Source: Sminthopsis crassicaudata (lineage: Eukaryota). Taken from it: a DNA stretch of 64,000 nt. Shown here piece after piece: positions 11,474 to 22,989 of this stretch; the stretch's first letter is position 1; the number at the start of each line of letters is the position of its first letter. Made by a program: the position numbers and the translations under genes. The stretch spans positions 639,508,558-639,572,557 of the forward strand of contig NC_133619.1 of the NCBI RefSeq assembly GCF_048593235.1, read 5' to 3'. Under the pieces are notes generated by a model. That model was not told the DNA's origin, did not search any database, and worked only from the letters and a program-made list of their open reading frames with translations.

Positions 11474-11965
11474 CACAGAGACAGAGAAAAGGAGGGGGAG
11501 AGAAACAGACAGACAGAAGAGGGAGAAAGAGGGAGGGAGACAGAAAGAGAGAGACAGACACACACAGAGATAGCAAGAGAAAAGGACGGGGAGAGAGAAA
11601 CAGGGAAGGGAGAGGGAAAGAGAAAGAGGGAGGGAGAGTCAGAGACACACACATCCACAGAGGGAGACGGAGGGAGGGAGAGACAGAGACAAGAGAGAGA
11701 CAGAGACATACACAAAGAGACAGCAAGAGACAGGGAAGGGAGAGGGAAAGAGAAAAAAAGAGAGGGAGGGAGAGACAGAGACAGACACATATACAGAGAC
11801 AGAGAAAAGGAGGGGGGCAGAGAGAGACAAGAGAGGGAGAGACAGACAGACAGGAGAGGGAAAGAGAAAGAGGGAGAGAGAGACAGAAAGAGAGAGACAC
11901 ACATACACAGAGAGAGAGAGAAAAGGAGGGGGAGAGACAGAGGAAGGCAGGGAAAGAGAGAAGAG
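11473..11965. repeat. GA-rich homopurine low-complexity tract
   Basis: Nearly all A/G with occasional CA; it explains the spurious S/L/C-rich and R/E-rich ORFs here. Confidence 0.95.
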
Positions 11966-12459
11966 ATGAGATGAAAGATTGGGACAAACTTCCAACTTAC
12001 TTAGACACAGTGTTGGGGGCAATGAGAAGGGCCCAGTGATTCCAGGGGATAATGAGATTTAGCGTCGGAAGGCACCTCTGAGGCCGTCCTGTCCAACCTC
12101 CTCTTTTTTTCAGATGAGGAAACTGAGGCCCACGGCTGAGTCAACTCCCAAAGATTTATGTTCTCCCCCTCCAAAGAAGGAACTAATGCAGACTGAAGCA
12201 GCCTTTTTTCCTTCCTTTTTTCTTCTTGGCTTGTATTTTCTTTTGCAACATGACTGTTATGGAAATATTTTGCATCGACCGCACCTGGATAATCTAGCTC
12301 AAATTGCTTGCCTTCTCAAGGAGAGAAAGAGAATTTGGAAAATTTAAAAAAATGTTTAAACTTTTATATGTAATTGAGAAAATAACATAAAATTAAAATT
12401 ACATTTAAAAAAGAAAAGGAAATGAGTCCCAGCGAGGTTTCCTTAAGCAGGCATTCATC

Positions 12460-14620
12460 AGGTGCCGCGGTGGACTGTGCTTGTGCTTTACGAAGCACAT
12501 CGCGGGCCGTTCTCACGACCCTAGGGAAATGCCGTTGGGGAAACTGAGGCAAATCGCTCCCCAGTGCGCTCGGCTCCAGCTGCCCGGGAGCCGGAGACTT
12601 CCGCCTTCTTCCCCCGTCTGTTTTCTGCGCTGCCCGAGGCCTGGGGGCTCCGGGCTGGCACCGCGGGTCTGGATGCGCCCAGTTTCCCCCTCTCAGTTTC
12701 CTCGGCGCGGTGCCCGGCTCTGGGGCCTCACCAGTGCTTGCGGACTGGCTGCTCCGCCTCCCCGGCCTGGGGAGAAGAGGGCGGAGGGGGCGGGGGGGTC
12801 GCGCTCCCGGAGCCTTGGGGCTGCAGTGAAATGCGGCCTTTCTCGCCCCGGGCTTGTTTACTTTCCCATCTGGAAAGTGGGTGGAGAAGGAGCTCGGAGA
12901 AAAGAGCCGCCCTCCCCGGCCCGGTCACACCTGAGGATCTGGCCGAGGTTCTGACCATTATTTATTTAGGAGCCGGTGTTATGTGGCAGGGAGCTGCCCC
13001 GGCGGCCCCTCCCCCCTCGGGCCCGGCTCGGGTTCTGGGGCAGGGAGAGGCAGCTGCCCCCATCCCCGAGGGACCCCACTGGCGTCTGCTGCGTGGGACG
13101 AAGTCTCGTCTTCTCCCGACATGCACTTCGGCGTCACTTTCTCTTGGAAGTTTCTGTCCTACTTAAATGGAAAGCTGGATACTCGACGCCCCTAAAAGGG
13201 GGGAAGGGGGCCCCACCTCCACTCCGGGGGATGCCAGAGCAGAAGGGCCGAGTGGAACGGAAGCTCTTTGAGGGCAGGCCGGTTTCTTTTCTCCCCGATG
13301 TGCCTGGCACACAGTAGGCGCTCGATAAATGCTTGTGGAGTCGATTGCCCCGCGGCCGTGAGGGGGGGGCGCGCTCTGGGGTCGCTGCCCCCCCTCCCCC
13401 TCCGCCGGGCCAGGCGCGAGACTCGCACGATGGCAGCCTGGCAAGGGCGCAGCTGGGCCGCGGCCTCTTCCTCCCCGGCCGGCCCGGCCCGGCCTCCCCT
13501 TGGCAGCGCGCTGGGGCTTGGGAAAGCCCGAAGCTGTTTCCCTTAGAGATTAAGTGTAGCCGGGGAATTGGAGCCAAGGGGTGGGTCTGGGTCGGAGGGA
13601 GTGCAGCGGGAAGAAGGGGCGCTAGCACCCCGCGGGGCGGGGAGAAAGGGGGTGTGGCCGTCCTGGCCAATCCCCACCCGAGCACTCTTAACCCGACTTG
13701 TGCTGGACCCCCCCCTGCAGGAGCCAGCGCCTCGGACTGGAGAGACCCCGGGTTCTAGCGGGTTAAAATCGCCCCCAGAGGAGGGGGCTCAGAGCCCCTC
13801 AGTCCCACTCCTTGAGTTACGCGGGTGAAGGAGGAAGGCCGAGGGGGAGAGGCCCTCCCTCCCCGTGTCCCACAGCGAGTCCAGAATTCCGACCGTGGCT
13901 CTAGAACCCGGCTCAGGACTTCTCCGACCGCTGCATCCTTCGAGGCCTGGAGAAGGGGCGAGTCCTTGCGGTTCTGGAGTGGGGGCCCATTCCAGGGCAG
14001 GGGAGCCTGTGGCCCCAGGAGGAAGGCCCTGGAGGAGAGCCACGCTCAGACACTTCCCTTTCCCGGGCGCTCCCCCTCCAGCCCCAGTCCCCCCTTTGTC
14101 TCCCTACATCCTCTGCGCCTTCCTCTGAGGCCTCGGCTGGCCTCTCCTCCCCGCCCCCCGTCTGGCATCCGGTTCCCTCCGGGCCTCGGGGTGCGGTCCT
14201 CAGCATAGAGCCGGCTCAGTCCTCCCTTCTCCCCTTCCTGCAGCAGGCGCAGCGAGTTCCTTTGGGCGCCTCTCGGGGAGACCCTGCGCCCAGCGCCAGG
14301 GTGAGCCCCGGGCGCCCGCCGGCTCTGGGTCCGCCCTTCCTTCTCCCCTCCGTGAGCCTCTTGTCCCCGGATTTTCAGGGTGCATCCCCCTCCTCGTGCC
14401 CCTCTGATGGCTCCTCCCCGCCCCCTTGCTGGGCTGAATCCTGCTCTCTGACCCTAAATGTCTCCCAGGGCCTATCCCGGGACCTCTTCTCTCCTGCTGC
14501 TTTGTGGTGAAGCTTCCAGGGATGTAATCACCGTCTCTATGCGGATGATTCTCAAATCCCGCTGCTCTGCTCAGGTCCAGTCCCGCATCTCCCACTAACT
14601 CCCCGACAACAAACGAGAAA
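12460..14620. promoter_or_regulatory. Intergenic (orphan) CpG island, candidate enhancer or lncRNA promoter
   Basis: About 2 kb of high GC and high CpG inside otherwise CpG-poor repeat DNA; no recognisable protein homology in its ORFs; C/EBP palindrome TTGCGCAA at 14750-14757 on its edge. Confidence 0.65.
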
Positions 14621-14971
14621 AACACGTTAAAAAGCCTGCTTTGAATCGCCGTCAGACCCCATCGTTCCTCCTCTGCAAGTGGAAGCATTTTTCATCAGAG
14701 GCCCCAGAATCCTCTTGTGCTTCTGAGAAAAGTCAGGGACCATCGACCTTTGCGCAATATTATGTGCGATGCTGTCCTGCTCCTGCCACTTCATGGAGAC
14801 TCCCCTGCTCATCTCTTCCTACAACAGTGCTCCATGACAATCATGTACCGTGCTCAGTCCTTCCTCAGTCCCCGGGCTTCCCTTCAATTTCCTATTCTTT
14901 GCCGCCACAAAAAAAGAGCGACTATAAATATCTTTGTACTTCCAGGCCTTCTCCCTTTTCCTTTGATCTCT

Positions 14972-15089
14972 CTCTTTTTTCTTTCCCTGAGGCTGGGATT
15001 AAGTGACTTGCCCAGGGTCACACAGCTAGGAAATGTTAAGTGTCTGAGGCCAGATTTGAACTCGGGTCCTCCTGAATTCAGGGCTGGTG
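14972..15089 (-). mobile_element. WSINE1-like marsupial SINE, 5'-truncated, 13-bp TSD
   Basis: TSD tcctttgatctct at 14959-14971 and 15090-15102; body matches the full copy at 19953-20102. Confidence 0.85.
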
Positions 15090-15348
15090 TCCTTTGATCT
15101 CTTGAGGTCTGGAACTATCCATAAAATTATTAGTTCAAAAAGTACGCCCAGCTTTATAACCCTTGGGGCACAGTTCCAGATTGCTCTTCAGAATGGCTGG
15201 ATCAGTTCACAACTCCACCAACAGTCCTCAGAGTTCTGATTTTCCCACCTTCCCTCCAACATTTGTCATTTTCTTTTTCTGTCATGAGTCAACCTGGTAG
15301 GGATGAGGTGGTACCGTGGAATTGTCTTAATTTTTCATTTCTCTAAGG

Positions 15349-15533
15349 CAGTGCTCCTCAGACTTTAAAAATAGGGGGCCAGTTCACTGTCCCTCAGACT
15401 GTGGGAGGCCGGACTATAGTAAAAACAAAAGCTCCCACTCTGTCTCCTCCCCTCAGCCCATTTGCCATAACCCGGCGGGCCAAAAACGTCCTCAGACGCA
15501 TCTAGCCCTCGGGGAGTAGTTTGAGAACCCCTG
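15349..15533. mobile_element. hAT-superfamily MITE (OC1-like), copy 2, with 8-bp TSD
   Basis: TIRs cagtgctcctcagact...agtttgagaacccctg; TSD ctctaagg (15341-15348) and ctctaaag (15534-15541); homologous to 6280-6449. Confidence 0.85.
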
Positions 15534-15589
15534 CTCTAAAGTGATTTAGAGCATGATTTCTTCTTCTGAAGTTCTCTGTTCATACCCTC

Positions 15590-15950
15590 TGACCACTTAT
15601 CAATTGGGGAATGACTTGTATTCTTACAAACTGGAATTAGTTTTCCATATATTTGAGAAATGAGACCTTTGTCAGAGAAACTTGCTGTAAAATCTTCCCC
15701 CTCCCAGTTTTCTGCTGCCCTCTAATCTTGGAGGCTTTGGTTTTCTTTGGGTAAACCCTTTTTAATTTGGTGTAATTGAAATTACCCCTTTTATATCCCA
15801 TAATACTTTCCATCTTTGGTAATATTTTTTCCTTATCTGTAGATCTGACATCCCTCAATTGTCTTAAGCCATTATCCTTTATGTGTAAATCCTGTACTCA
15901 TTTTGCCCTTATCTCAGATGTTGGTCTATGTCTAGTTTCTGCTAACCTGC
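15590..15950 (-). mobile_element. L1 ORF2 fragment
   Basis: ORF 15637-15858 (FNYTKLKRVYPKKTKASKIRGQQKTGRGKIL...) resembles the L1 ORF2 segment WDYIKLKSFCT...RQPTEWEKIF. Confidence 0.7.
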
Positions 15951-15974
15951 TTTCCAGTTCTCCTCAACCTAGAA

Positions 15975-16085
15975 TGAGGAAGACCTGAGTTCAAATGTGG
16001 CCTCAGGCACTTAATAATTACTAGTTGTGTGAACTTGGGCAGTCACTTAACCCCAGTTTCCTTGGGGAAAAAAAAAAAAACAACC
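15975..16085 (+). mobile_element. 5'-truncated marsupial SINE (WSINE1/MAR1-like) with A-tail
   Basis: gacctgagttcaaatgtggcctcaggcacttaa...gtcacttaaccccagtttcct followed by poly-A. Confidence 0.7.
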
Positions 16086-16369
16086 CAAAATAACAACAAA
16101 AAACAGTTGTCCTAGCACTTTTTGCCAAAAAGCAATTTTTTGTCCCCAAAGCTTGGGTCTTAGGTTTATCAAACATTACACAACTGACTACTGTATATTG
16201 AGTTCCTAATCTATTCCACTGATCTACCTAAAAAAGATACTGGAGGGGAAAATTAGGTAATCTAAACCTCCATCAGTTTGTTTGATGGCTATCACTTTAT
16301 AATTCATCCCCAATCCCTTTTCATTCCTGGGACTTTGCTCCTTTTATGTGGTTTGTTCATCTTTCTTAA

Positions 16370-16500
16370 TGTCTTCCTCATTAAATTGTTAAGATCCTTA
16401 AAGGCAGGGGTTGACTTTTGCCTCTTTTTGTATCCCTCGGGGGTTTAGCACTACGCCTGGCAAACAATAGTAGCCTAATAAATACTTACTGACTGATTGG
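16370..16500 (+). mobile_element. L2 LINE 3' end fragment
   Basis: taagatccttaaaggcagggg...tgtatccc...ttagcac..gcctggca...aataaatacttactgactga is the typical L2 tail. Confidence 0.6.
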
Positions 16501-18264
16501 AGTTGTAATTCCTCACTTACTGTGGCTCTCTGGACCTGAGCACCACCTTTGTTTTTTGTCCTAGAGACCGAGTGAGAGTCCTTGTTGGAGGAAAGGTGTG
16601 ATTTGAGAAGGGATTAAAAATGTCCTTAGGTATTCTCTTTATGACTTTGACTCCCTTTAGTTTTTTGAATGATAAAATCAGATCTAAACAGGACAGGACT
16701 TTAGAGATGGCCTAAGAGTAACAGTAACTGTTAAGAGTACCTCTTAATAGATAAAGAGAGGGTCAGGAACCTGGCTGAGGCCTGAAAGCTAGAAGACCTC
16801 ATCCTGTATCTGAAGCTCACTTATTATCTTTATTTTTTCAATTTAGATTTTATTTTTTTTGAAAATGTTCAATAGCATTTTGTTTTCCAAATACATGTAA
16901 GAGTGCTGGACCTAGAGACTTGGGTTCAAATTCTGACTCAGGGCAATTCAGTTGTCTGAAGTAGCCTAAGGAAATTATGGCACTCCTTTGGTAGACAGTC
17001 CAGTGTCAGAATCTATAAACTTCTGGGAATTTCAGGGTTCCAGCAAGCAGCCTTCTTACCATCACCTCCCAACCAAGTAGCACTACCTGCTTGTAGGTAA
17101 ATCCAAGGATCCCTTGTTGTTGTATTCTTTTCTCCAATCCACCAACCTGTCTACCATCCAAATACACCCCCCCAACCATCATTCAGGAAAGCAGCTTTTT
17201 GGGGATCTGTCTACAACCTTCCCACAAGCTTCCTGAAGCAGCCAAAGCTCCTAAAGACCCAGGAAAGAAAGTTCTTGACACCAAATGTAGTTTTATCCAT
17301 GGAAATGACATTCAAGAAGAGTCCTTGTTTTATGTGACCTTTCCAGCTACCTTGCTGCTGTAATCTCATGTTGTGAGAACTGGGGCTGTGTGGCTTTTCC
17401 ATTAGTGTTTGCACATAGTAGGCACTTCATAAATGCTTTTTCATTCCTTAATTAGAGATTTCATGGACTCTTCATTGGATCTATGAACTTTATTGTATAG
17501 ATGGGAAAACCAAAACTGACACACATGATAATTTGGTTCCAAAATCATGATTTCCCAGTCAGAAATGGAGTCCTTCAGGTTCTGGGGTTCTGAGAACAGA
17601 GAGCTAGAGAATGTTGGAGGGAGATTGGGGCGGCCATGGGTGGTCTCCTGAGAGGAGGAGTCCCGGGGGTGGGTGGGGAGGTGCTGGAGGGAACACAGAG
17701 GGAAGGGTGCTGGAAGCTGTGCAGCCTCGTTAGGCTAGAGCTATTCTAAGAATCTTGGCCCGATTTCAGTTGCTTTCCGGTTAAGACCAGATATTGCCAG
17801 GTGACTTGAGTCCATCCAAGGGGATTTGTCTTGGATCCCCTCCAGCCAGAGTCACTGGCCACTGTCGCCATTTAAGATTATGTAATTTCAAGAGTGCTCA
17901 TTTGCTCCAACCCTCCCCCGGGTTCCCATTTTACTGAAGAGGAAACTAAGAGCAGCCCATAGTCCACAGGGCGGCCAAACTGGTACGGCTAATGGCCACC
18001 TAACTTTGTGGCTTCCTCCTCTGCCGCTGGGGCCTCCTTGGTGTCCCTGTTGTTTGAGGATTAAGTACAAACACCTCAGTTTCCTCTCCAGAACATCTGC
18101 TGGAATCTCAGGCTCTGGAAACCATTCCCCCTCAAAGCTTCCAAAGCCCTGGACATCTCCCATTGGCCTCACCCATGCAGACTCTCCTTCCGTTAGCTGG
18201 TTCCTCCCAGAGGCCCATTTTAAGGAAGAGGTCTAAGTCTTCATCTCTCTCTAGGCTGCTTACC

Positions 18265-18810
18265 AGACTCTCCCCACCATGAACCCAAGCTGGGTACCTT
18301 TGTCTCTTCCTTCCTCCACTCCAGTTTTTAGCTTTGATAGATCATCTTCTCCTTTAGAACAAAAGTCCCTTGAGGGCAGGAAATGCCTTTCCCGCCTTAT
18401 ATTTAGTATTCCAATCAGTGCTTCCTTCTTCAGGATGCTTTTCAATCTCTTCCCACCATGATCCCAAGCTGGGTAGCTTTCTTCATTTCTTTCTCCTTTC
18501 CATTTTTTACCTTTGATATATTGTCCTCCTCCTTTAGAATAGAAGTTCCTTGAAAGCAGGAACTGCCTTTCCCCCCTTATATTTAGTATCCCAATCAGTG
18601 TCTTAGCACCTGGTGCTTTCTTTGCCAGGACACTCTCCAGTCTCTTCCCACCATGACCCCAAAGCTGGGTACCTTCATCTCTTCCTTCCTCTACTCCACT
18701 TTTTACCTTTGATATATTGTCCTCCTCCTTTAGAAGTTCCTTGAGTGCAGGAACTACCTTTTCTTTCTTATATTTAGTATCCCAATCCATATCTTAGCAT
18801 CTGGTGGCTG
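18265..18810. repeat. Three tandem copies (about 180-195 bp) of an L2-tail-containing unit
   Basis: caccatga.ccca.gctggg recurs at 18275, 18454 and 18649; each unit contains ccttga..gcagga..tgccttt..ttatatttagtat. Confidence 0.8.
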
Positions 18811-19129
18811 CACAAAGTAGTCAACTGTCTGGAGTGTAAAGTCCTTCACAATTGACTGCCTTCCCTTCCTGAGGTTATGTTCCTGAACCCAAGTTCAGGG
18901 TTTTATCTGCAGCTAAATTTGCCTGATTATTTTACTATATTGCCTTTCTATTTCCTGCTTCGGCATGGGCTATTCCTCATGCCTCAATAGTCTCCGTAGT
19001 CACTTTTACCTCTTAAAAGAGAAAGAGAAGGTCAGGATCCTGGCTGAGGTCTGAAAGCTAGAAGACCTCATCCTGTATCTGAAGTTTACGTACTATCTTT
19101 ATTTTTCAACTTAGATTTCATTTTATTTG

Positions 19130-19856
19130 AAAACGTTCAATAGTATTTTATTTCCCAAATACATGTAAAGATAATTTTCAACATTTGTTTTTGTAAGACT
19201 TTGTGAGCCAAGTTTTTCTCTCTCCCTTCCTTCCCTCCTCCTTCCCCAAAACAATAAATAATCTGATATGGGTTAAATACATATAATCTTTTAAAATATG
19301 CTTCCATATTTGTCATTGTTGCGCAAGAAAAAGCAGATCAAAAGAGAAAAAACTATGAAAAAGAAAAAAAAAAAAAACAAAGAAAAAAGGGAAAAAGCCT
19401 CTGCTTTGATTCCATATTCAGTCTCCATAGTTTTCTCTCCGGGTGCAGATGGCTCTCTCCATCACAAGTCTATTGGAAGTGCCTTGTATCACCTCATTGT
19501 TGAAGAGAGCCACGTCCACCAGAATGGATCATCGTATAATCCTGCTGTTGCCATGTATAATGATCTCCTGATTTTAGTCATTTCACTCAGCATCAGTTCA
19601 TGTAAGTTTCTCCAGGCCTCTCTGAAATTATCCTGCTGGTCATTTCTTACAGAACAATAATATTCCATAACATTCATATACCACAATTTACCCAGACATT
19701 CTCCAATTGATGGACATCCACCCAGTTTCCAGTTTCTGGCCACTACACAGAGGGCTGCCACAAACATTTTTGCACATGTGGGTCCCTTTCCCTCCTTTAT
19801 GATCTCTTTGGGATACAGGCCCAGTAAAAACACTACTGGACCAAAGGGGATGCACA
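19130..19856 (-). mobile_element. L1 3' end (ORF2 C-terminus plus 3'UTR)
   Basis: ORF 19489-19857 IPFGPVVFLLGLYPKE...MFVAALCVVARNWKLGGCPSIGECLGKLWYMNVMEYY...ELMLSE matches the L1 ORF2 C-terminal domain. Confidence 0.9.
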
Positions 19857-19952
19857 CACAACCTGACAGCCGTTGGGAACTTCATTTGTATTTTGTCCTG
19901 TGATCTCTGGACATCAGCCTCCCTGCTATTCCTCTGTCAGGACATTCTCACT

Positions 19953-20102
19953 TTTTTTTTTTTTTTCCCCCTGAGGCTGGGGTTAAGTGACTTGCCCAGG
20001 GGCACACAACTAGGAAGTGTTAAGTGTCTGAGACCAAATTTGAACTCGGGTCCTCCTGAATTCAAGGCTGGTGCTCTATCCACTGTGCCACCTAGCTGCC
20101 CC
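19953..20102 (-). mobile_element. Full-length WSINE1-like SINE with perfect 15-bp TSD
   Basis: Minus strand begins GGGGCAGCTAGGTGGCACAGTGGATAGAGCACCAGCC and ends in poly-A; TSD caggacattctcact at 19938-19952 and 20103-20117. Confidence 0.92.
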
Positions 20103-21477
20103 CAGGACATTCTCACTCTTAACTCCAAGCATCTGCAAGATGGTCTCCATACCTGGACCATGTTTTTTGTTTTTTGTTTTTTTTCCTTTATCTCTGCCTC
20201 CTGTCCTTCCTTTAACTAACTAACCATCCTACTTTCTACAAGGCAATTTCCTTTTAGTTTCTTTCCCATTTAGGCTGTATCTATGTTATCTGCACAGAAT
20301 GGCTGTCTCCTGTTACAATGTGAAATTTCTTTTTACTTTCTTTGTATCCCCAGCATTTAACACAAAGTAGGCCCTTAATAAATGCCGGTTGACGGCCTAT
20401 GAGACCCAGCAGAGGCTCCTCTGGATTGCATAGTGTCTCTGAGACTTCCTGCCTTAAATCTTTGTCTTGTGACTAGAATCCAAGTGTCATAATGTACCTC
20501 ACCCCCAATTAAATCTCTAACATCTGTCATGTTCTGGACAAAGCTACAATCTGGGGGGAGGGAGAGGAGCTGTGTGGGACCTTAGAGAGCTTATCTTCCC
20601 AGAGAAGGAACAGTTTTTGAAGATGCTTTGTCTGCCCCTCACTACACAGAACAACCAGAGAACTGGGCTCAATTGCAGATAATGTGGAATAATCATCTAC
20701 AGCAGCTTCCTGTTACCCCTTATGAGTATGGAAGCTCAGCCTTGACCTCAGGGAGCTCCTGGTCGGAGGCCAGAGACTGAGGCTTTGTGCTGAAGGATTC
20801 CTAGCCTTGGGAATGGAGGGAACAAGCCCCAGTCCTCTGTCAGTTAACAAACTGCTTAATCACCTGCTATGTTCCGGCAATGTCCTAAGCACAAGGACAG
20901 CAGTGAATGGCTCCCTCCCTTCAAAGAGTTTGCGATCTAAGGCTGGGATGATCTATAAACACAGTCGGGGTCCCAGAGAACAGAGGAAATCAATCATCAT
21001 TTCACTGGGGATCAGGAAATGTAGAAGCTGGTGCTTGAACTGAGACTGAAGTAATCATGAATTCTGGGAAATGGAAGTGATGGGAAGTCCCCCAAAGTCC
21101 CCAAAGGGGACTGCTGGAGCAAATGCTTAGAGATTGCACATGGAGTGCGCGGGCTGCCCGCTGGACTTGAGAACTTGGAATCCGGTGTCTTTTTAAGAGG
21201 TTGGATGACCATTAACTAATATGGAAATATGTTTTCCATGATTGAACATGTGTAACCTATATCAGGGAAAGAGGCGGGGAAGACGAGAATTTAAAACTCA
21301 AGACTTGTAAAAAATTTAAAGTTTAAAACGTTAAAATTGTTTTTATATCTGGCTGAGGAAAATGTTATTCAAAGGAAAAAAGAGTCGAAGTGACTCATCA
21401 GAGGAGACTGATTTGAGTCCAAGAAGAGAGAGAGGGAGGGAAGGGGGGAGGCAACAAGCATTGAAATATTAAGCTCC

Positions 21478-22200
21478 TCAATTTGGAACTATGCCCAAAG
21501 GGCTCTAAAATTGTACATACCCTCTGACCCAGCAGTGTCTCTACTTGATCTGTATCCCAAAGAGATCAAAAAAAGGGGAAAGAACCCTCCTGCGCAAAAG
21601 TGTTTTTGTAGTGACAAGGAACCTGAAATTGAGTAGATGCCCATCAGTTGGGAAATGGCTGAATGACTTATGGGATATGAATATAATGGAATATTATTCT
21701 TCTATGAAAAATGACCAGCAGGCTGACTTCAGAAAAGCCTGGAAAGATTGACAGGAACTGATGCTGAGTGAAGTGAGTAGAAACAAGAGAACATTGTACA
21801 CTGCAACAAGATGATATTTTGGTCAACTGCAATGTACTGGCTCTTTTCAACAATGAGGTGATTCAGGCTAATTGCAGGAGACTTGTGATGGAGAGAGCCA
21901 TCTGCATCCAGAGAGAGGACTGTGGGAACTGAATATGGATCTCAACATTGTATTTTCTCCTTTTTTGGTTATTTTTTTTTCCTCATTTTTTCCTTTTGAT
22001 CTGATTTTTCTTGTGTGGCACGAGCAATGTGGAAATATGTCTAGGATTACAAGTGTTTAACTTATATTGAATTACTTGCTGTCTAGATGGAGCTGGGGGG
22101 AGAAGGGAGGGGAAAAATTTGGAACAGAAGATTTTGCAAGGGAGAATGTTGAAAATGATCTTTTCATGCATATTGAAAAATAAAACGCTATCATAAAACA
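21478..22200 (+). mobile_element. L1 3' end (ORF2 C-terminus plus 3'UTR), frameshifted
   Basis: tttggaactatgcccaaaggg...ctgacccagcagtgtctctact...gatgcccatcagttgggaaatggctga...gatgctgagtgaagtgag; same family as the 19.1-19.9 kb copy. Confidence 0.85.
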
Positions 22201-22989
22201 TTAAGCTCTTAGCATGTGGCAGACAACATGGAGACTACAGATACGTAAAAAGAAAGACAAGAGACTTTATGTTCTAAAGGTGGGAGACAAACCAGAAAAG
22301 CCAGATGGAAAGATGAGGGGCATAGTGGAGAGAGATCCCCAGATCCAGGTAAACAGGTACTTAACCTTCTCTCCAGGGCAAAGAATGTACACTAGACACA
22401 CCTTTAAGCTTACCTGATTTATTAAAACTTTTTTTAAGGCTAGAAATCAGTGGAACAATCAATCAATCAAGTCCAGTGAGTAAAGAGTTGAGTGCAGTGA
22501 TGAAGTCAGATACCTTCTGGGAGAGGGTGGGGAAGACTTTAGCAGGTGCTTTAGAACAGAGACAAACTTGGAGTATTTTTATGTCCTGCACATCTGCAGA
22601 TTCCTATCATCCCTGGGTCTGTGGGATGTCCACTCCTGCTCAGGTCCTTTCTGAGATGGCTGTCAGGCGGCTCCCAGGCTTAGAAATTCACCTAGAATGC
22701 ATACCCATGGGAGTTTGAGGATTGTAAACACTTAGAAAGCACTGTCTGTATCTTACTTCTCTTCTTTCTCCTTTTTTTCCTTTTTTTTTCCTTTTTTTTT
22801 TCCTTTTGATCTCCTAGGATCCCCAGTTGCTAATCCCTCCCCCTTCCAGATTGCTTTCCATTTTCTTTGTGTCTTATATAAACCCAGTTATTTACAAGTT
22901 GACTGCCCTTTTGAATGTGAGTCCTCAATTTAATTAAGTCATACCATTAAAAAAATGGAAGAGAAGAAACAATTACAGGCTGAAGTATT

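Noticed and set aside
11347-12039. ORFs of 185-203 aa
   Set aside because: Products of the (TG)n and GA-rich simple sequence.
19953-20102. tRNA-like A/B boxes as a tRNA gene
   Set aside because: Head of a tRNA-derived SINE with poly-A and TSD; no cloverleaf or acceptor stem.
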